Shown here: piece by piece, positions 20,643 to 29,181 of the stretch
How the letters are laid out: every line of letters begins with the position of its first letter
Position numbering within the stretch: the first letter of the stretch is position 1
NCBI GenBank assembly: GCA_963710755.1
Contig: CAVQBK010000013.1
Location: forward strand, 369,872-433,871
From: an uncultured bacterium
GTDB taxonomy: Bacteria > Oederibacteriota > JAAXVQ01 > JAUVAV01
Direction of reading: 5' to 3'
DNA: 64,000 nt
Position numbers and translations under genes: made by a program
The notes under the pieces: model-generated
What the model was told of the DNA's origin: nothing
What the model saw: the letters and a program-made list of their open reading frames with translations, nothing else
Databases searched by the model: none

Positions 20643-21136
20643 GCAACCAATTGAAGAGCACCCTGGATCAATCTATTCTGGATTTTATTGACGAATGTTT
20701 GCAGCGGGAACATCCCCGCAGCTACTTGATCTCCATTTTAAGCAAAATTCAGGAAAAGTACGGTTATCTTTCGCAGGAGCATATGAACGAGGTGGCTTAT
20801 ACCATGAACATCGCCACTTCCCGGGTTTACGGGGTGGCCACCTTTTATCATTTTTTCAGGCTCACGCCGCAGGGCAAACACAAGATCTCCGTCTGCATGG
20901 GCACGGCTTGCTTTGTCAAAGGTTCGGACCGCATTCTGGAGGCGTTCCGAAGTGAGCTGGGTATTGATTTTGGCGAGACCACTAAGGATGGCTTGTTCTC
21001 CCTGGATAACACGCGTTGTTTAGGCGTCTGTGGATTGGCTCCCGTGGTGACCATCAATGACAAGGTCTATGGTCATGTCACTCCGCAACAAGTACCCGAT
21101 CTTATCAATAAAACCCTGGTGGAAGAATCTAAATAA
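20639..21136 (+). CDS. hydC: HydC, the NuoE-like thioredoxin-fold [2Fe-2S] subunit of the hydrogenase.
   Basis: 165 aa with CMGTACFVKG...CLGVCGLAPV (NuoE/HndA 2Fe-2S motif); a 4-bp ATGA overlap with the hydA stop. Confidence 0.85.
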   Translation: MSNQLKSTLDQSILDFIDECLQREHPRSYLISILSKIQEKYGYLSQEHMNEVAYTMNIATSRVYGVATFYHFFRLTPQGKHKISVCMGTACFVKGSDRILEAFRSELGIDFGETTKDGLFSLDNTRCLGVCGLAPVVTINDKVYGHVTPQQVPDLINKTLVEESK

Positions 21137-21189
21137 CCCCAAACGACACCCGTCATTGATTTCAAAGGCAATAGCGTGATAAAAATGGT

Positions 21190-21219
21190 TGTAGGGAACG
21201 GTCGCGACCGTTCCCTACA
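21190..21219. repeat. Perfect 30-nt palindrome TGTAGGGAACGGTCGCGACCGTTCCCTACA in the convergent hydC/rfbC intergenic region. It is a likely bidirectional terminator hairpin and copy 1 of a palindromic element family.
   Basis: Read directly from the sequence; it is its own reverse complement. Related copies lie at 37365..37392 and 52966..52993. Confidence 0.7.
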
Positions 21220-21292
21220 AAAGCAGATCATAGGAATCTGTTAGCCAAGCAGTTAGGGCACGATAGTTTATTGCCAACCCTCTGGTTGGAAG

Positions 21293-21835
21293 TTACAAAT
21301 CCCGCAGCCTGGGCCACTGTTGATCCTTAGGTGAAACCTGATACGGCCCCTCCAACTTGGGCCAGGTAATAGCAAGATCCGGATCATTCCAGCACAGACC
21401 AGCCTCAGCTTGCGGCGCATAGAACGCACTCACCTTGTAGAGTACACCCGTCATATCGCTTAGAGCGCAAAACCCATGGGCAAAACCCTCGGGAACAAAT
21501 AACTGAAGATGATTGTGCTCCGACAATTCCACCCCCAGCCATTGCCCGTAAGCGGGCGACTCTTTACGGATGTCCACCACGACATCATAAATGGCACCCC
21601 TGGCAACCCGCACCAGTTTAGCCTGGCCATACGGCGGTGTTTGAAAATGCAGACCTCTGATGGTACCCCGCTGGGATTGACTGTAATTGTCCTGAACAAA
21701 GGGGATCGTCACACCGGCCTGACTGAATTTCTCTTGATGATAGCTCTCCATAAAAAAGCCGCGCTCATCTTGAAAAACATCAGGACTGATCAGTAGTACG
21801 CCTGCCAGGCTCTGAGGGGTTACGATCATGGTCAC
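21293..21835 (-). CDS. rfbC: dTDP-4-dehydrorhamnose 3,5-epimerase.
   Basis: 180 aa, '...FFMESYHQEKF...RGLHFQ...QAKLVRV..G.IYDVVVDIR..SP.YG.W.GVELS' is the cupin RmlC signature. Confidence 0.9.
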   Translation of the reverse strand: MTMIVTPQSLAGVLLISPDVFQDERGFFMESYHQEKFSQAGVTIPFVQDNYSQSQRGTIRGLHFQTPPYGQAKLVRVARGAIYDVVVDIRKESPAYGQWLGVELSEHNHLQLFVPEGFAHGFCALSDMTGVLYKVSAFYAPQAEAGLCWNDPDLAITWPKLEGPYQVSPKDQQWPRLRDL

Positions 21836-22155
21836 GCCTCCTCACTGGCGGTTATCGCTTCATGCCAGTTTTCTTCCAAAGCTTCCAGAAACTCCAACCC
21901 GAAAAAATAGCTGTCCCCTTCCGTTTCCACCCATACTACCCGGCCCTTACCTTCCCAGATCTGTTGCCGGCCGGGCTGGTAAAAGGCCAAGGATACCAGT
22001 TGTCCCTGGACCGGCCGGTGATCGCTTTGAATCATAGCCCCACCGGCGGACATGTTTTGCACTACGCCAAAAAAATCCACTTCCTCTTGCTGGCCCCGTT
22101 TTTTATCAGCAATCAAATAACATTCGTATCGGGGATGTTGCCTGCGTTCTTCCAT
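21832..22155 (-). CDS. PilZ-domain protein, a c-di-GMP receptor.
   Basis: 107 aa with 'RRQHPR' (RxxxR) and 'NMSAGG' (D/NxSxGG) PilZ motifs; a 4-bp overlap with rfbC. Confidence 0.75.
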   Translation of the reverse strand: MEERRQHPRYECYLIADKKRGQQEEVDFFGVVQNMSAGGAMIQSDHRPVQGQLVSLAFYQPGRQQIWEGKGRVVWVETEGDSYFFGLEFLEALEENWHEAITASEEA

Positions 22156-22477
22156 GATCCCTCCACGGTGCTAAGGTTATACGTGGCTGCGCTCCAGAAC
22201 ATTTGCACGCAGATAACCATCGCAAATAAAAACAACCATCAACAGCAGTCTTTTTTAACCATTGTTGCTACAAGTTTCGATAAAAGGTTATCTTGACTTT
22301 ATGCACTCCTCAAACAGCCATTCAGCCTGGCTATTGGTCATTTTAGCATAACCCCAAACAACATCTTGATTTTTTTTGAGGCCCGAGGGCGCCTATGTTA
22401 TACTGGCCCAATCCATCCCCGCGTATAGGCGCCAGGCCGGTCGATGAGGTTGTTGGGACCAATGCTCAAGGAGGCTG

Positions 22478-23092
22478 ATGTTGAATTTTGTTTGGCTCTT
22501 ACTCATTGTGCTTGCTGTGATTACCGGAGGACTTACCCATCATATGGCCGATGTTTCCACTGCGGCTTTCACCAGTGCCAAGAGCGCTGTGGAACTTGCC
22601 ATTGGCCTGATCGGTGTTATGGCCTTGTTTTTAGGATTAATGAAAATTGCCGAAGCCGCCGGCTTGGTGCAAGCTTTAGCCAGAGCCATGCGTCCGCTTT
22701 TTAAATGGCTCTTTCCCGGTGTGCCGGATGATCACCCAGCCCTGGGCGCCATCGCCATGAATATGGGCGCCAACATGCTGGGCTTGGGAGATGCGGCCAC
22801 GCCCATGGGCCTTAAAGCCATGCAGGAACTGCAGGAGGTCAATCAGGACAAGGCTTCCGCCAGTGACGCCATGGTCACTTTCCTGGCGCTCAACTCCAGT
22901 TCGATTCAGCTCATCCCCGCCATGATGATCGGATTGCGGGCCAGTGCCGGCTCTACCCATCCTTCGGAAATTATTCTGGCCACCTTGGTGGCCACCACCT
23001 GCTCCACCGTGGTGGCCGTGGCTGCAGCCAAAACTTTCTCCAAACTACCTTATTTCAAACGGCAACGCCAGGAGGTGGCGGCCAATGATTAA
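22478..23092 (+). CDS. spmA: Nucleoside-recognition-domain membrane protein, spore maturation protein A-like.
   Basis: Polytopic 204-aa protein; AGGAGG RBS; paired with the downstream SpmB-like gene in a start/stop overlap. Confidence 0.65.
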   Translation: MLNFVWLLLIVLAVITGGLTHHMADVSTAAFTSAKSAVELAIGLIGVMALFLGLMKIAEAAGLVQALARAMRPLFKWLFPGVPDDHPALGAIAMNMGANMLGLGDAATPMGLKAMQELQEVNQDKASASDAMVTFLALNSSSIQLIPAMMIGLRASAGSTHPSEIILATLVATTCSTVVAVAAAKTFSKLPYFKRQRQEVAAND

Positions 23093-23624
23093 AACCCTTT
23101 TTATTGAAGCCGGCCATTGGATCGTGCCTTTGTTAATCCTGGTTATTCCGGGGTATGCCTATTTTTTTAAAAAGGTCAATATCTATGCGGTTTTCGTGGA
23201 AGGGGCCAAGGAAGGTTTTTGGATTGGTGTAAAAATCATTCCGTACCTGGTAGCCATTTTGGTGGCTATTGGCATGTTTCGCGCCAGCGGCGCCATGCAT
23301 CTGCTGGCTGCTCTGCTGGCACCGGTCACTTCCTGGACAGGTTTTCCTGCTGAAGCCCTGCCGGTGGCCTTGCTGCGGCCGCTCTCAGGTTCAGGGACGT
23401 TGGGCCTGATTTCCAATATTTTTCAAGTTCATGGGCCTGATTCCTTCATCGGCCGTTTGGTCAGTGTTATGGAAGGCAGTACGGAAACCACCTTCTATGT
23501 GCTGGCCATTTATTTTGGATCCATTAGCATTCGTCAAACCCGCCATGCTCTGCCTGCAGCTTTGCTGGGCGATGCTGCCGGTCTGACCGCGGCCTTTATC
23601 ATTTGCCGCTTTTTATTCGGCTGA
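23085..23624 (+). CDS. spmB: Spore maturation protein B-like membrane protein. The true start is the ATG at 23085, overlapping the spmA stop; the track ORF starts earlier at 22944 in a Pro/Trp-rich artefactual extension.
   Basis: 'MIKTLFIEAGHWIVPLLILVIPGYAYFF...' is a SpmB/YjiG-like pattern; ATGATTAA overlap. Confidence 0.65.
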   Translation: MIKTLFIEAGHWIVPLLILVIPGYAYFFKKVNIYAVFVEGAKEGFWIGVKIIPYLVAILVAIGMFRASGAMHLLAALLAPVTSWTGFPAEALPVALLRPLSGSGTLGLISNIFQVHGPDSFIGRLVSVMEGSTETTFYVLAIYFGSISIRQTRHALPAALLGDAAGLTAAFIICRFLFG

Positions 23625-24544
23625 TGCGCTGGCTTACGCCTCCCCCGCTGGCCGTTGGCGATCAAGTAGCCCTCATTTCCCCTGCCTCCCCGGTTAAGGA
23701 TGATAAGGCCCTGGAACGGGCCGCGCGCCATTTGAAAAGTCTTGGCCTTAAAGTGCAGCTGGGCCGGCATGCCCGCAGCCGGCATTTTTATTTGGCCGGC
23801 AATGATGAGCAGCGTCGGACCGATTTTATGGAAGCTCTGCAAAACCCAGCCATTCGGGGCCTAATTTGCAGCCGCGGCGGCTACGGTACCAGCCGCCTTT
23901 TAGCAGGATTCGATACTTCCCTGCTGCGCCGCTATCCGAAATTGCTGATGGGCTATTCCGATATCACGCAACTGCACCTGGCCTATGAACAACAAAAAGT
24001 CCATTCTTACTGGGGTCCCATGCCTGCCAGCCAGACCGGATTTTCCACTTATTCCAAAACCTGGTTTAAAACCTTGTGCATGGACGCATCGGCAGCTGTA
24101 CCCATGCCCTTGTTTATTGCAGGGGATCGCATTGAAGTGCTGCTGCCAGGCCAGGCTCAGGGACGGTTAAGCGGTGGCACCCTGACATTGCTGGCCGCCA
24201 GCCTGGGAACGGCTGCTGAGTTCCATAGTCGCGGTAAACTGGTCTTTCTGGAGGACATCGATGAGCCCCCGTATAAATTGGACCGCATGCTGACCCAATT
24301 GCTTCTGGCCGGAAAACTCAAAGATGCCAAAGGCTTTGTACTCGGTCAGTTTCATTATAGTTCGGACACCCCTGACCGAGACCGGTCCGGCGCCCGAAGA
24401 GTACTCTTGGAACGGTTGGGGCCGTTAGGCCTGCCCATCGTGGCTCACTGTCCCCTGGGCCATGGCCAACGTCAGTTGGTGCTTCCTTACGGCCGTCAGG
24501 CCCGCCTGGATACGAAAATCAAGCAATTGTTTCTTTTGCCATGA
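23624..24544 (+). CDS. ldcA: LD-carboxypeptidase, peptidase S66 (murein tetrapeptide carboxypeptidase).
   Basis: 'MRWLTPPPLAVGDQVALISPASP...GLICSRGGYGTSRLL...GYSDITQLHLA...' is the S66 signature; the start is 1 nt past the spmB stop. The alternative ATG at 23603 is less likely. Confidence 0.8.
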   Translation: MRWLTPPPLAVGDQVALISPASPVKDDKALERAARHLKSLGLKVQLGRHARSRHFYLAGNDEQRRTDFMEALQNPAIRGLICSRGGYGTSRLLAGFDTSLLRRYPKLLMGYSDITQLHLAYEQQKVHSYWGPMPASQTGFSTYSKTWFKTLCMDASAAVPMPLFIAGDRIEVLLPGQAQGRLSGGTLTLLAASLGTAAEFHSRGKLVFLEDIDEPPYKLDRMLTQLLLAGKLKDAKGFVLGQFHYSSDTPDRDRSGARRVLLERLGPLGLPIVAHCPLGHGQRQLVLPYGRQARLDTKIKQLFLLP

Positions 24545-24552
24545 ACGGCCGG

Positions 24553-26682
24553 TCACGGCGCGCTCAGCGGAATGCGAAATTTAAAGCAACTGCCCTTTCC
24601 AGAACGACCTTCCACCCAAATCCTGCCTCCATGAAGTTCAATTATTTTTTTAGAGATGGCCAGGCCCAGCCCGGTCCCGGTCTTTTTACTCTGCACATCC
24701 CGAATTTGACTGAACCGTTCAAATATTTTTTGCCGTTGCCCCATCGGGATACCGTCACCCTCGTCGCTAACACTGCATTCCAGCCAGGGGTCAACCCGCT
24801 TCACCGTTACTGTAATCCGACTGCCCGCCGGTGAAAATTTAATGGCATTTCCCACAAGGTTGGTCACCACTTGGGTTAATCGGGAACGATCTCCCAGTGT
24901 ACGCACCGGTTGCGGCAAGGTCACCTGCGTCAGGGTCATATTTTTTTCTTTCATCAGCGGTGTCAGCGTGTCCTGAACTGCACTGACAATTTCCTGAAGA
25001 TCGACCAGTTCCATTTTCAGACTGGCTTGGGCGGCTTCCAGTTTGGAAAGGTCCAAAATATCGTTAATCAGTAAAATCAAGCGGTCAATGTTGCGGTTAC
25101 TCATTTCCAACAAATGCCTGACCACCATGCCCACGTCTCCCTGCAATTGATATTCCAGGACCAGGGCGATGCCACCTTTAACGGCCGTCAGGGGCGTGCG
25201 CAATTCATGAGAGGCAATGGAGATAAATTCGGATTTCAATTTATCCAGATGTTTAAGCTGGCTTAACGCTTCCTGCAAATCCGCTGTTCGGACAGTCACC
25301 CGCTCCTCCAGGGTTTCATTGAGCCGTGTGACCTCGATCACCAGATTATTAACGTCCTGATACAATTGCGAATTCTTGATGGCCACGCCGATATCATGAC
25401 GCACAATGGAGAGAAATTGCAGCTCTTCCAATCCGTAACCGTTGTCACCGGTTTTTTTACCCAGGTTGAGTACCCCCAGTAGGTTTTGATCAAAAACCAG
25501 GGGCACGGCCAATTCCGAACCCAGATAGTCAAAAAAGCACAAGGCTGATTCCCTAATTAGTTGATACTGGGGATCAAGGGTGATCTGCTCTTTAATCATG
25601 ATCTGATTTTCGCGTTCTATAAAAGCGATAAACCCCCGGCAGGATTTCAAGCCTTCGATGGGGCGCTGGTCCGGTGTTAACATGCACCCATCCGGATGAG
25701 GATCGCAGAGGATTAAACTGACCGCCTCAGCGTCCAAGCTTTGCCGCATAAAACGTTCAATATCAGCGGTCAGCTCCAACATGGGTTTCAGTTGGTTTAA
25801 CGAACGGCTGAAAGCTTCGAGAAGACGGTTCATATTGAGTGCTTTGCGCCGTAGCAGGTGATCCAGCAAAGGTTTGACACTTTTAGAATACCCCCAGCAG
25901 ACCAACAGGGCGACCACGGCCAGCACGGTAAGGGCGGCCGGATCATAGACAGGTATTAAGGATTGGCCCAGCGCCATGATGGTAAAGATCAGTCCCAACA
26001 GAAGCAGCCCATGCAAGGTCCATAAAAGCACCCGACTGGCAAAAGCGGAGATATCTAAAGCATGATAGCGGATAATGGCATAGGCGGTAAAGCAGACCGT
26101 GATAATTGGGGTAATTTGCCCGAGAAAAAATAATTGCCTCAGGCCCAAGCTGGGCAAAATAAACATAAAGAGCATGACAAAAATCAAGGTCACACTAATC
26201 CCCACCACCACATATTTAACTTTTTGCTTCTCCAGATGCAATTTTAACCGGCGATATTTTGTGGCCAGATTATAAATGACGTGAATGGCGCCGCCAAAAA
26301 CATACACCACGAAAAGTAAATAGAGAGGTCCCAGCTCCGGCACGTACTGCATACCGTCAAAGTGGCCTGAGACCACGCACCAGGGGCTGAAGGCAGCCAG
26401 CACGATGATCAGGGCAATGGCGTAATTGATTACAGTGAAACGGGTATTAAGACTTTTGGAAGGCACCGGGAAGTAAGCGGTAAAACTCATTAAATTGGTG
26501 ATGACCAGGGTGGAACTGGCTACTCCCATGCGATGAGTTAAGATGGGCAGGATATGGTGAGCAATCTGAAGGCGCCAAATGAACCCAATGCATACCCATA
26601 GGGCGATAAACAAACAAAACAGGGCAAAACTGATATTAATGGGATTTGTCTTGTTGCGGGAATAGACCAGTAACCCGATCAC
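24553..26682 (-). CDS. Sensor histidine kinase with an N-terminal multi-pass membrane sensor region, a GAF-like domain, HisKA and HATPase_c domains.
   Basis: About 8 hydrophobic helices at the N-terminus; H-box 'ASHELRTPLTAV'; G-boxes 'GTGLGLAISKKIIELHGG'. Confidence 0.85.
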   Translation of the reverse strand: MIGLLVYSRNKTNPINISFALFCLFIALWVCIGFIWRLQIAHHILPILTHRMGVASSTLVITNLMSFTAYFPVPSKSLNTRFTVINYAIALIIVLAAFSPWCVVSGHFDGMQYVPELGPLYLLFVVYVFGGAIHVIYNLATKYRRLKLHLEKQKVKYVVVGISVTLIFVMLFMFILPSLGLRQLFFLGQITPIITVCFTAYAIIRYHALDISAFASRVLLWTLHGLLLLGLIFTIMALGQSLIPVYDPAALTVLAVVALLVCWGYSKSVKPLLDHLLRRKALNMNRLLEAFSRSLNQLKPMLELTADIERFMRQSLDAEAVSLILCDPHPDGCMLTPDQRPIEGLKSCRGFIAFIERENQIMIKEQITLDPQYQLIRESALCFFDYLGSELAVPLVFDQNLLGVLNLGKKTGDNGYGLEELQFLSIVRHDIGVAIKNSQLYQDVNNLVIEVTRLNETLEERVTVRTADLQEALSQLKHLDKLKSEFISIASHELRTPLTAVKGGIALVLEYQLQGDVGMVVRHLLEMSNRNIDRLILLINDILDLSKLEAAQASLKMELVDLQEIVSAVQDTLTPLMKEKNMTLTQVTLPQPVRTLGDRSRLTQVVTNLVGNAIKFSPAGSRITVTVKRVDPWLECSVSDEGDGIPMGQRQKIFERFSQIRDVQSKKTGTGLGLAISKKIIELHGGRIWVEGRSGKGSCFKFRIPLSAP

Positions 26683-26773
26683 GACAAAGAAAAATACATT
26701 GATGGCTTGAATAATGGAGATAATAATGACCGTGCTCCCCTCCGACCTGGATGATCACCTATGGTGTGACCGG

Positions 26774-26998
26774 TCAGGGATTCCCGCGGTGCTGATGGTC
26801 GTCGTGGGTGCTGAAGTTAAACAAATCATAAATGAAACAATGGCCGGCCAAAGCGGTCAGCAGCAGATAGGCCAACAAAAGTAAACCAGCCCACGTAAGC
26901 CCATCACGGCTGGTGCGTGAAAAAACCGGCACCGCAGCCACGGCCACCACAAATAACCGTAACCCTTTATCCCAGTCCCCCAAATTGCGTTTACTCAT
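26774..26998 (-). CDS. Small inner-membrane protein, DUF2892/YgaP-like.
   Basis: 74 aa with two TM helices (...LFVVAVAAVPVF...WAGLLLLAYLLLTALAG...). Confidence 0.5.
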   Translation of the reverse strand: MSKRNLGDWDKGLRLFVVAVAAVPVFSRTSRDGLTWAGLLLLAYLLLTALAGHCFIYDLFNFSTHDDHQHRGNP

Positions 26999-27011
26999 TG
27001 AACCCGCCCGG

Positions 27012-27431
27012 TCATTTGATCACCGCTACTCTCAATCTTTTTTTAAGCCTTTTACCGTCTATTACCAGCACATATACGCCACTGGCCACCACTTGGCCGC
27101 TGTCGTTTTTGCCATCCCAGAGCGCTTCTTCCTGGGGCAAGGGCACATGCCGTTCCCACAGTCTTCTCACCCGGTAGCCGTCCTGACTATAAACGGTAAT
27201 GGTGGTTTGCTCATATTTGGGTTGCAAGCCCACCACGACGACCTTTCCCTGCATCAGGGGGTTGAAGCGATTACGGTTAAGGGTTACCCGCACAGGAACC
27301 GTTTCCGTGGTGGTGAGAAGGGTAGGGGTGACCGTCACGGTGGCCGTGGGGGTGGGCGTGGCGTTCGCCAAGCCAGCCCAGAGAATGATCAGTATCAGGG
27401 CACCACTCTTTCGCCGCATGAGAACATTCAT
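27012..27431 (-). CDS. Secreted Thr/Pro-repeat protein with a C-terminal FlgD-Ig-like (T9SS-CTD-like) domain.
   Basis: An AAGGAG RBS sits 7 nt upstream of the second ATG at 27431; signal peptide 'MNVLMRRKSGALILIILWAGLANA'; TPTPTATVTVTPT low-complexity run; C-terminal 'YSQDGYRVRRLW...LWDGKNDSGQVVASGVYVLVIDG' matches the FlgD_ig pattern (G..V..L....WDG.d..G...p.G.Y). It is paralogous to the C-terminal domain of 55025..56032. Confidence 0.65.
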   Translation of the reverse strand: MNVLMRRKSGALILIILWAGLANATPTPTATVTVTPTLLTTTETVPVRVTLNRNRFNPLMQGKVVVVGLQPKYEQTTITVYSQDGYRVRRLWERHVPLPQEEALWDGKNDSGQVVASGVYVLVIDGKRLKKRLRVAVIK

Positions 27432-27463
27432 GGTGATCTCCTTTGCCGGCACAGCGCCGGCGT

Positions 27464-28510
27464 TTATTCAATGGTCAGGTTTACCTGATATGTCTCTTGT
27501 TCCGAGCTTTCCCATTTTTCCTGATCCACATAGAAGCTATAGGCTTTGTCGGTGTGCAGGGACCCTTGCATGGGCAACCCTTTGGCCAGATCGAACTGCA
27601 CCCGCCCTTGTATTTTATAATTCCCTTTTTGAAATGTCATTTTATTTAACGACTCCATGTCCAGAGTTTTCTGGAGCTCAGTTAATTCGTCGCCGGTAAA
27701 CATTATGGCGCTGGTACAGTCGATAGAAGCCAGGTTCTGCTGCTGCTGGCGGAAGTAAAACCTGTTGGTTTGCCCCTCTTCCTCTCCCAGAACCATGGTG
27801 GGATCTTCGCTGGAGCTGGTCCAGCGGTCGCCCGGGCCGACGGCCTGGGGTGGAAAGACCGCCATCAGCAGCGGCGGCACCTTAAAGGCTTTAATGATTT
27901 TTTTCCCAATGACCCGGTTACGGCTGAGCAATTCCAGCAGGTCCAGATGGAGTCCCGTGCGTACGGTCTTTTCCTGGTTTTGAGTCAGCTGGTGTCCCTG
28001 CCGGTCGATGACGATCACGGCCAACGGCTGCGTCATTATTTTTTGATATTTTGCGTAAAGCTCCGGACCCAAATAGTCAGCCAGCGTCCATTCGTCATCA
28101 TACCAGGTAAGCCTGCCTCCATCGGGACCCATCTCCAGCCGGCACTTCCCTTTTCCATCATGATTCAGCCGCAAACGTAACAATTTAAATTCAATTTGAC
28201 ATTCTTGTGGGTTGAGCGCCAGAGCCTGCACCTGATAGGTAGCCTTGACGGCCAGATGGGCTTCTTCTTTGGCAAATTGTCTGTGGCCATGGAATTTTTC
28301 CAACCCGGAAAAGGTTTGGTAGGAAGTGGTAACGCGGTAAGTCTGACCGGGTACAAATTGATAACGCAGAATAGTCTTGGTGTTCGACGAGGCCGGCGCA
28401 CAGGCAAGCAGATTGAAGCTTGCCAAAATCAAAGCGCCCAGGCTGGTGCTGCACACCATTTTATGGATGAGGCGTCGTGTCAATATGTTTTTGAAAAAGG
28501 CAATGGGCAC
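27464..28510 (-). CDS. Secreted hypothetical protein, possible lipoprotein; the start may be the Met at 28459.
   Basis: The N-terminal hydrophobic segment ends in 'LLACAP' (lipobox-like); no recognisable domain. Confidence 0.5.
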   Translation of the reverse strand: MPIAFFKNILTRRLIHKMVCSTSLGALILASFNLLACAPASSNTKTILRYQFVPGQTYRVTTSYQTFSGLEKFHGHRQFAKEEAHLAVKATYQVQALALNPQECQIEFKLLRLRLNHDGKGKCRLEMGPDGGRLTWYDDEWTLADYLGPELYAKYQKIMTQPLAVIVIDRQGHQLTQNQEKTVRTGLHLDLLELLSRNRVIGKKIIKAFKVPPLLMAVFPPQAVGPGDRWTSSSEDPTMVLGEEEGQTNRFYFRQQQQNLASIDCTSAIMFTGDELTELQKTLDMESLNKMTFQKGNYKIQGRVQFDLAKGLPMQGSLHTDKAYSFYVDQEKWESSEQETYQVNLTIE

Positions 28511-28729
28511 AATTTACTTCCTTAGCCAAATAGGTTGAACATGCCGGTCCTTTGGATTTTTTCTCCCTGCGGGCATGGCTTAATACGTCCTCGCGAAGTC
28601 CCCGCAATTCATGGCCGAGTATTTTATTTTTCCATCAAAAGGACGGACCAACGCAGCCTTATTTTACCGGGAATCACAAAATCGTCAAGCGCTTTGGGTG
28701 GGATCCTGAAAAGCGTCTCCGAGGACGAC

Positions 28730-29116
28730 CTACGAATGGTCTTCGGTCTTGGAATTCAGGATGGTTTCGATTTCTTGGCCTAAATCATCAGGATCAAAAG
28801 GCTTGGTCAGATAGGCCGAAGCGCCCATGGCCATGCCTTTGGAGGCGTCTTGGGGACCGCTAAGCACGGTTAACATCACCACCGGGATGGATGAGGTTTC
28901 CGGATTGCGTTTAAGCATGTGACAAATGTCATATCCATTGATGCCGGGCATCATCACATCCAGCAGGATCAGGTCGGGTTTATTGTCCTTAAGAAAATCA
29001 AACATATCCTGTCCATCTTTGGCCTGAAAGATTTCATAGGTACCTTCACCCAATATTTTTTCGATCAAGCTGCGTATGTCCTTCTCATCATCAACGATCA
29101 GAATTTTCTTTTTCAT
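28730..29116 (-). CDS. Single-domain response regulator (CheY-like receiver).
   Basis: 'MKKKILIVDDEKDIRSLIEKIL...LILLDVMMPGINGYDIC...LT.K' with the conserved receiver Asp and Lys positions. Confidence 0.85.
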   Translation of the reverse strand: MKKKILIVDDEKDIRSLIEKILGEGTYEIFQAKDGQDMFDFLKDNKPDLILLDVMMPGINGYDICHMLKRNPETSSIPVVMLTVLSGPQDASKGMAMGASAYLTKPFDPDDLGQEIETILNSKTEDHS

Positions 29117-29181
29117 AGGAATCTCCCAGGTACAAGGGTATTTTAAAAAGCATCGGCTTTTCCCGGGCCGGCTTTAGGGTT

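Noticed and set aside
28535-28863. Plus-strand ORFs in the response-regulator 3' region
   Set aside because: No RBS; they overlap the end of the receiver gene and its flank; the translations have odd composition.
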